The notes under the pieces: generated by a model | Database searches by the model: none | Told to the model about the DNA's origin: nothing | What the model saw: the letters and a program-made list of their open reading frames with translations, nothing else | In this document: in pieces, positions 62,991 through 64,000 of the stretch | Layout of the letters: every line of letters begins with the position of its first letter | Position numbering within the stretch: position 1 is the first letter of the stretch | Program-made: the position numbers and the translations under genes | DNA from: Mobula hypostoma | Taxonomy: Eukaryota | Reading direction: 5' to 3' | Assembly: GCF_963921235.1 (NCBI RefSeq) | Contig: NC_086101.1 | Location: 2,854,001 to 2,918,000, forward strand | DNA length: 64,000 bases

Positions 62991-63479
62991 GTAAGAAGTG
63001 AGGGTGAGAGGTGAGAGAGACAAAGTGCTGGAGAGGGAGGGATCTGATCGGCAAGGAGAGTGGGTCACAGGGCAAGGAGAGTGGGTCACAGGACAAGGAG
63101 AAGGGGGAGGAGTTCCAAAGGGAGGTGACGAGAAATGACGAGGTGACGGGGGAACCACAATGGGGATTGGTAAAACTGAGATGGGGGAAGGGTGAGAAAT
63201 CATGAGATGCTGGAGAAATTGATGTTCATGTCGCGCAATGCTGTTACAGCCTGAGGCATCGGAGTTTGGAATTCAATTCCAGCATCCTCAGTACACACAT
63301 TTCTTCCCAGGTACGTGTGGGTTTCTCCAAATGCTCTGTTCTCCTCCCACAATCCAAAGACATGCTGGAGAGTTGAGTAATCAAATTGTCCCATGATTAG
63401 GCAAGGGTCAAGAATGTGGTTTGCCAGGTGGCTCAGCTCTAGGAGCCTCAGGGGCCCACTCCGTGCTGTATCAATCTGT

Positions 63480-64000
63480 GCTGACAATAAACTGGACTGG
63501 TCAAAGAACACTGAGGCTGTCTACAAGAAGGGTCAGAGCTGTCCCTATTTCCTGAGGAGATTGAGGTCCTTTAAAATCCGCCGGATGATGCTGAGGATGT
63601 TCTACGGGTCTGTGGTGGCCAGTGCTATCATGTTTGCTGTTGTGTGCTGGGGCAGCAGGCTGAGGGTAGCAGACACCAACAGAATCAACAAACTCATTCG
63701 TAAGGCCAGTGATGTGGTGGGGATGGAACTGGACTCTCTGACGGTGGTGTCTGAAAAGAGGATGCTGTCCAAGTTGCATGCCATCTTGGTCAATGTCTCC
63801 CATCCACTACATAATGGACTGGGTGGGCACAGGAGTACATTCAGCCAGAGACTCATTCCACCGAGATGCAACACAGAGCATCATAGGAAGTCATTCCTGC
63901 CTGTGGCCATCAAACTTTACAACTCCTCCCTTGGAGGGTCAGACACCCTGAGCCAATAGGCTGGTCCTGAACTTCATAATTTACTGGCATTATTTACATA
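63480..64000 (+). mobile_element. Rex1/Babar-like LINE 3' fragment
   Basis: DNKLDWSKNT..VYKKGQS..YFLRRLRSF...FYGSVVASAI..AVVCWG. Confidence 0.82.

Larger units (their letters stand above)
49870..63230 (-). mobile_element. Penelope-derived remnant split by the 55-bp satellite and a SINE
   Basis: 49873-50030 matches the same terminal motif seen at 19960 and 48495 (ggaggaactcagcagg...cttcatcaggactg). 63210-63230 reverse-complements to ATGAACATCAATTTCTC (MNINFS), the same ORF end as at 20350. Confidence 0.6.

Noticed and set aside
62875..63096. ORF containing ELDAVTAQGVADVRV, superficially like the next upstream VPS52 exon (ELDAK...ACADVRG)
   Set aside because: It lies within a SINE head, spacing and flanking residues do not match, and there are no phase-compatible splice sites. 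The real exon is probably beyond 64000.

Overview
Eukaryotic vertebrate DNA. The repeat content (CR1, Rex1/Babar-like, V-SINE/HE1-like and Penelope-like elements) suggests a cartilaginous fish, probably a ray; this assignment is inference. The whole window lies inside one minus-strand gene, VPS52 (GARP/EARP tethering complex subunit). Ten internal coding exons between 48024 and 299 splice into an uninterrupted 1095-nt (365-aa) frame; the first and last exons lie outside the window. The introns are filled with retroelements: a near full-length CR1 carrying a nested full-length L1 with a clear target-site duplication, a second near-identical CR1 in the opposite orientation, and many CR1, Rex1-like, SINE and Penelope remnants. 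There are several tandem repeats, including a ~12.6-kb array of a 55-bp unit. Most notable: (1) an 8.2-kb U12-type AT-AC intron with a candidate GT-AG intron nested just inside it; (2) a 47-bp minisatellite built from an exon end plus its own splice donor, giving ten decoy donors; (3) Penelope-type minimal hammerhead ribozyme motifs, one with a U3-A8 core on the pre-mRNA strand; (4) the large satellite arose inside a Penelope remnant. No prokaryote-type system such as CRISPR is present. None of these observations is shown to be new. Exon coordinates were read base by base; repeat boundaries are approximate.
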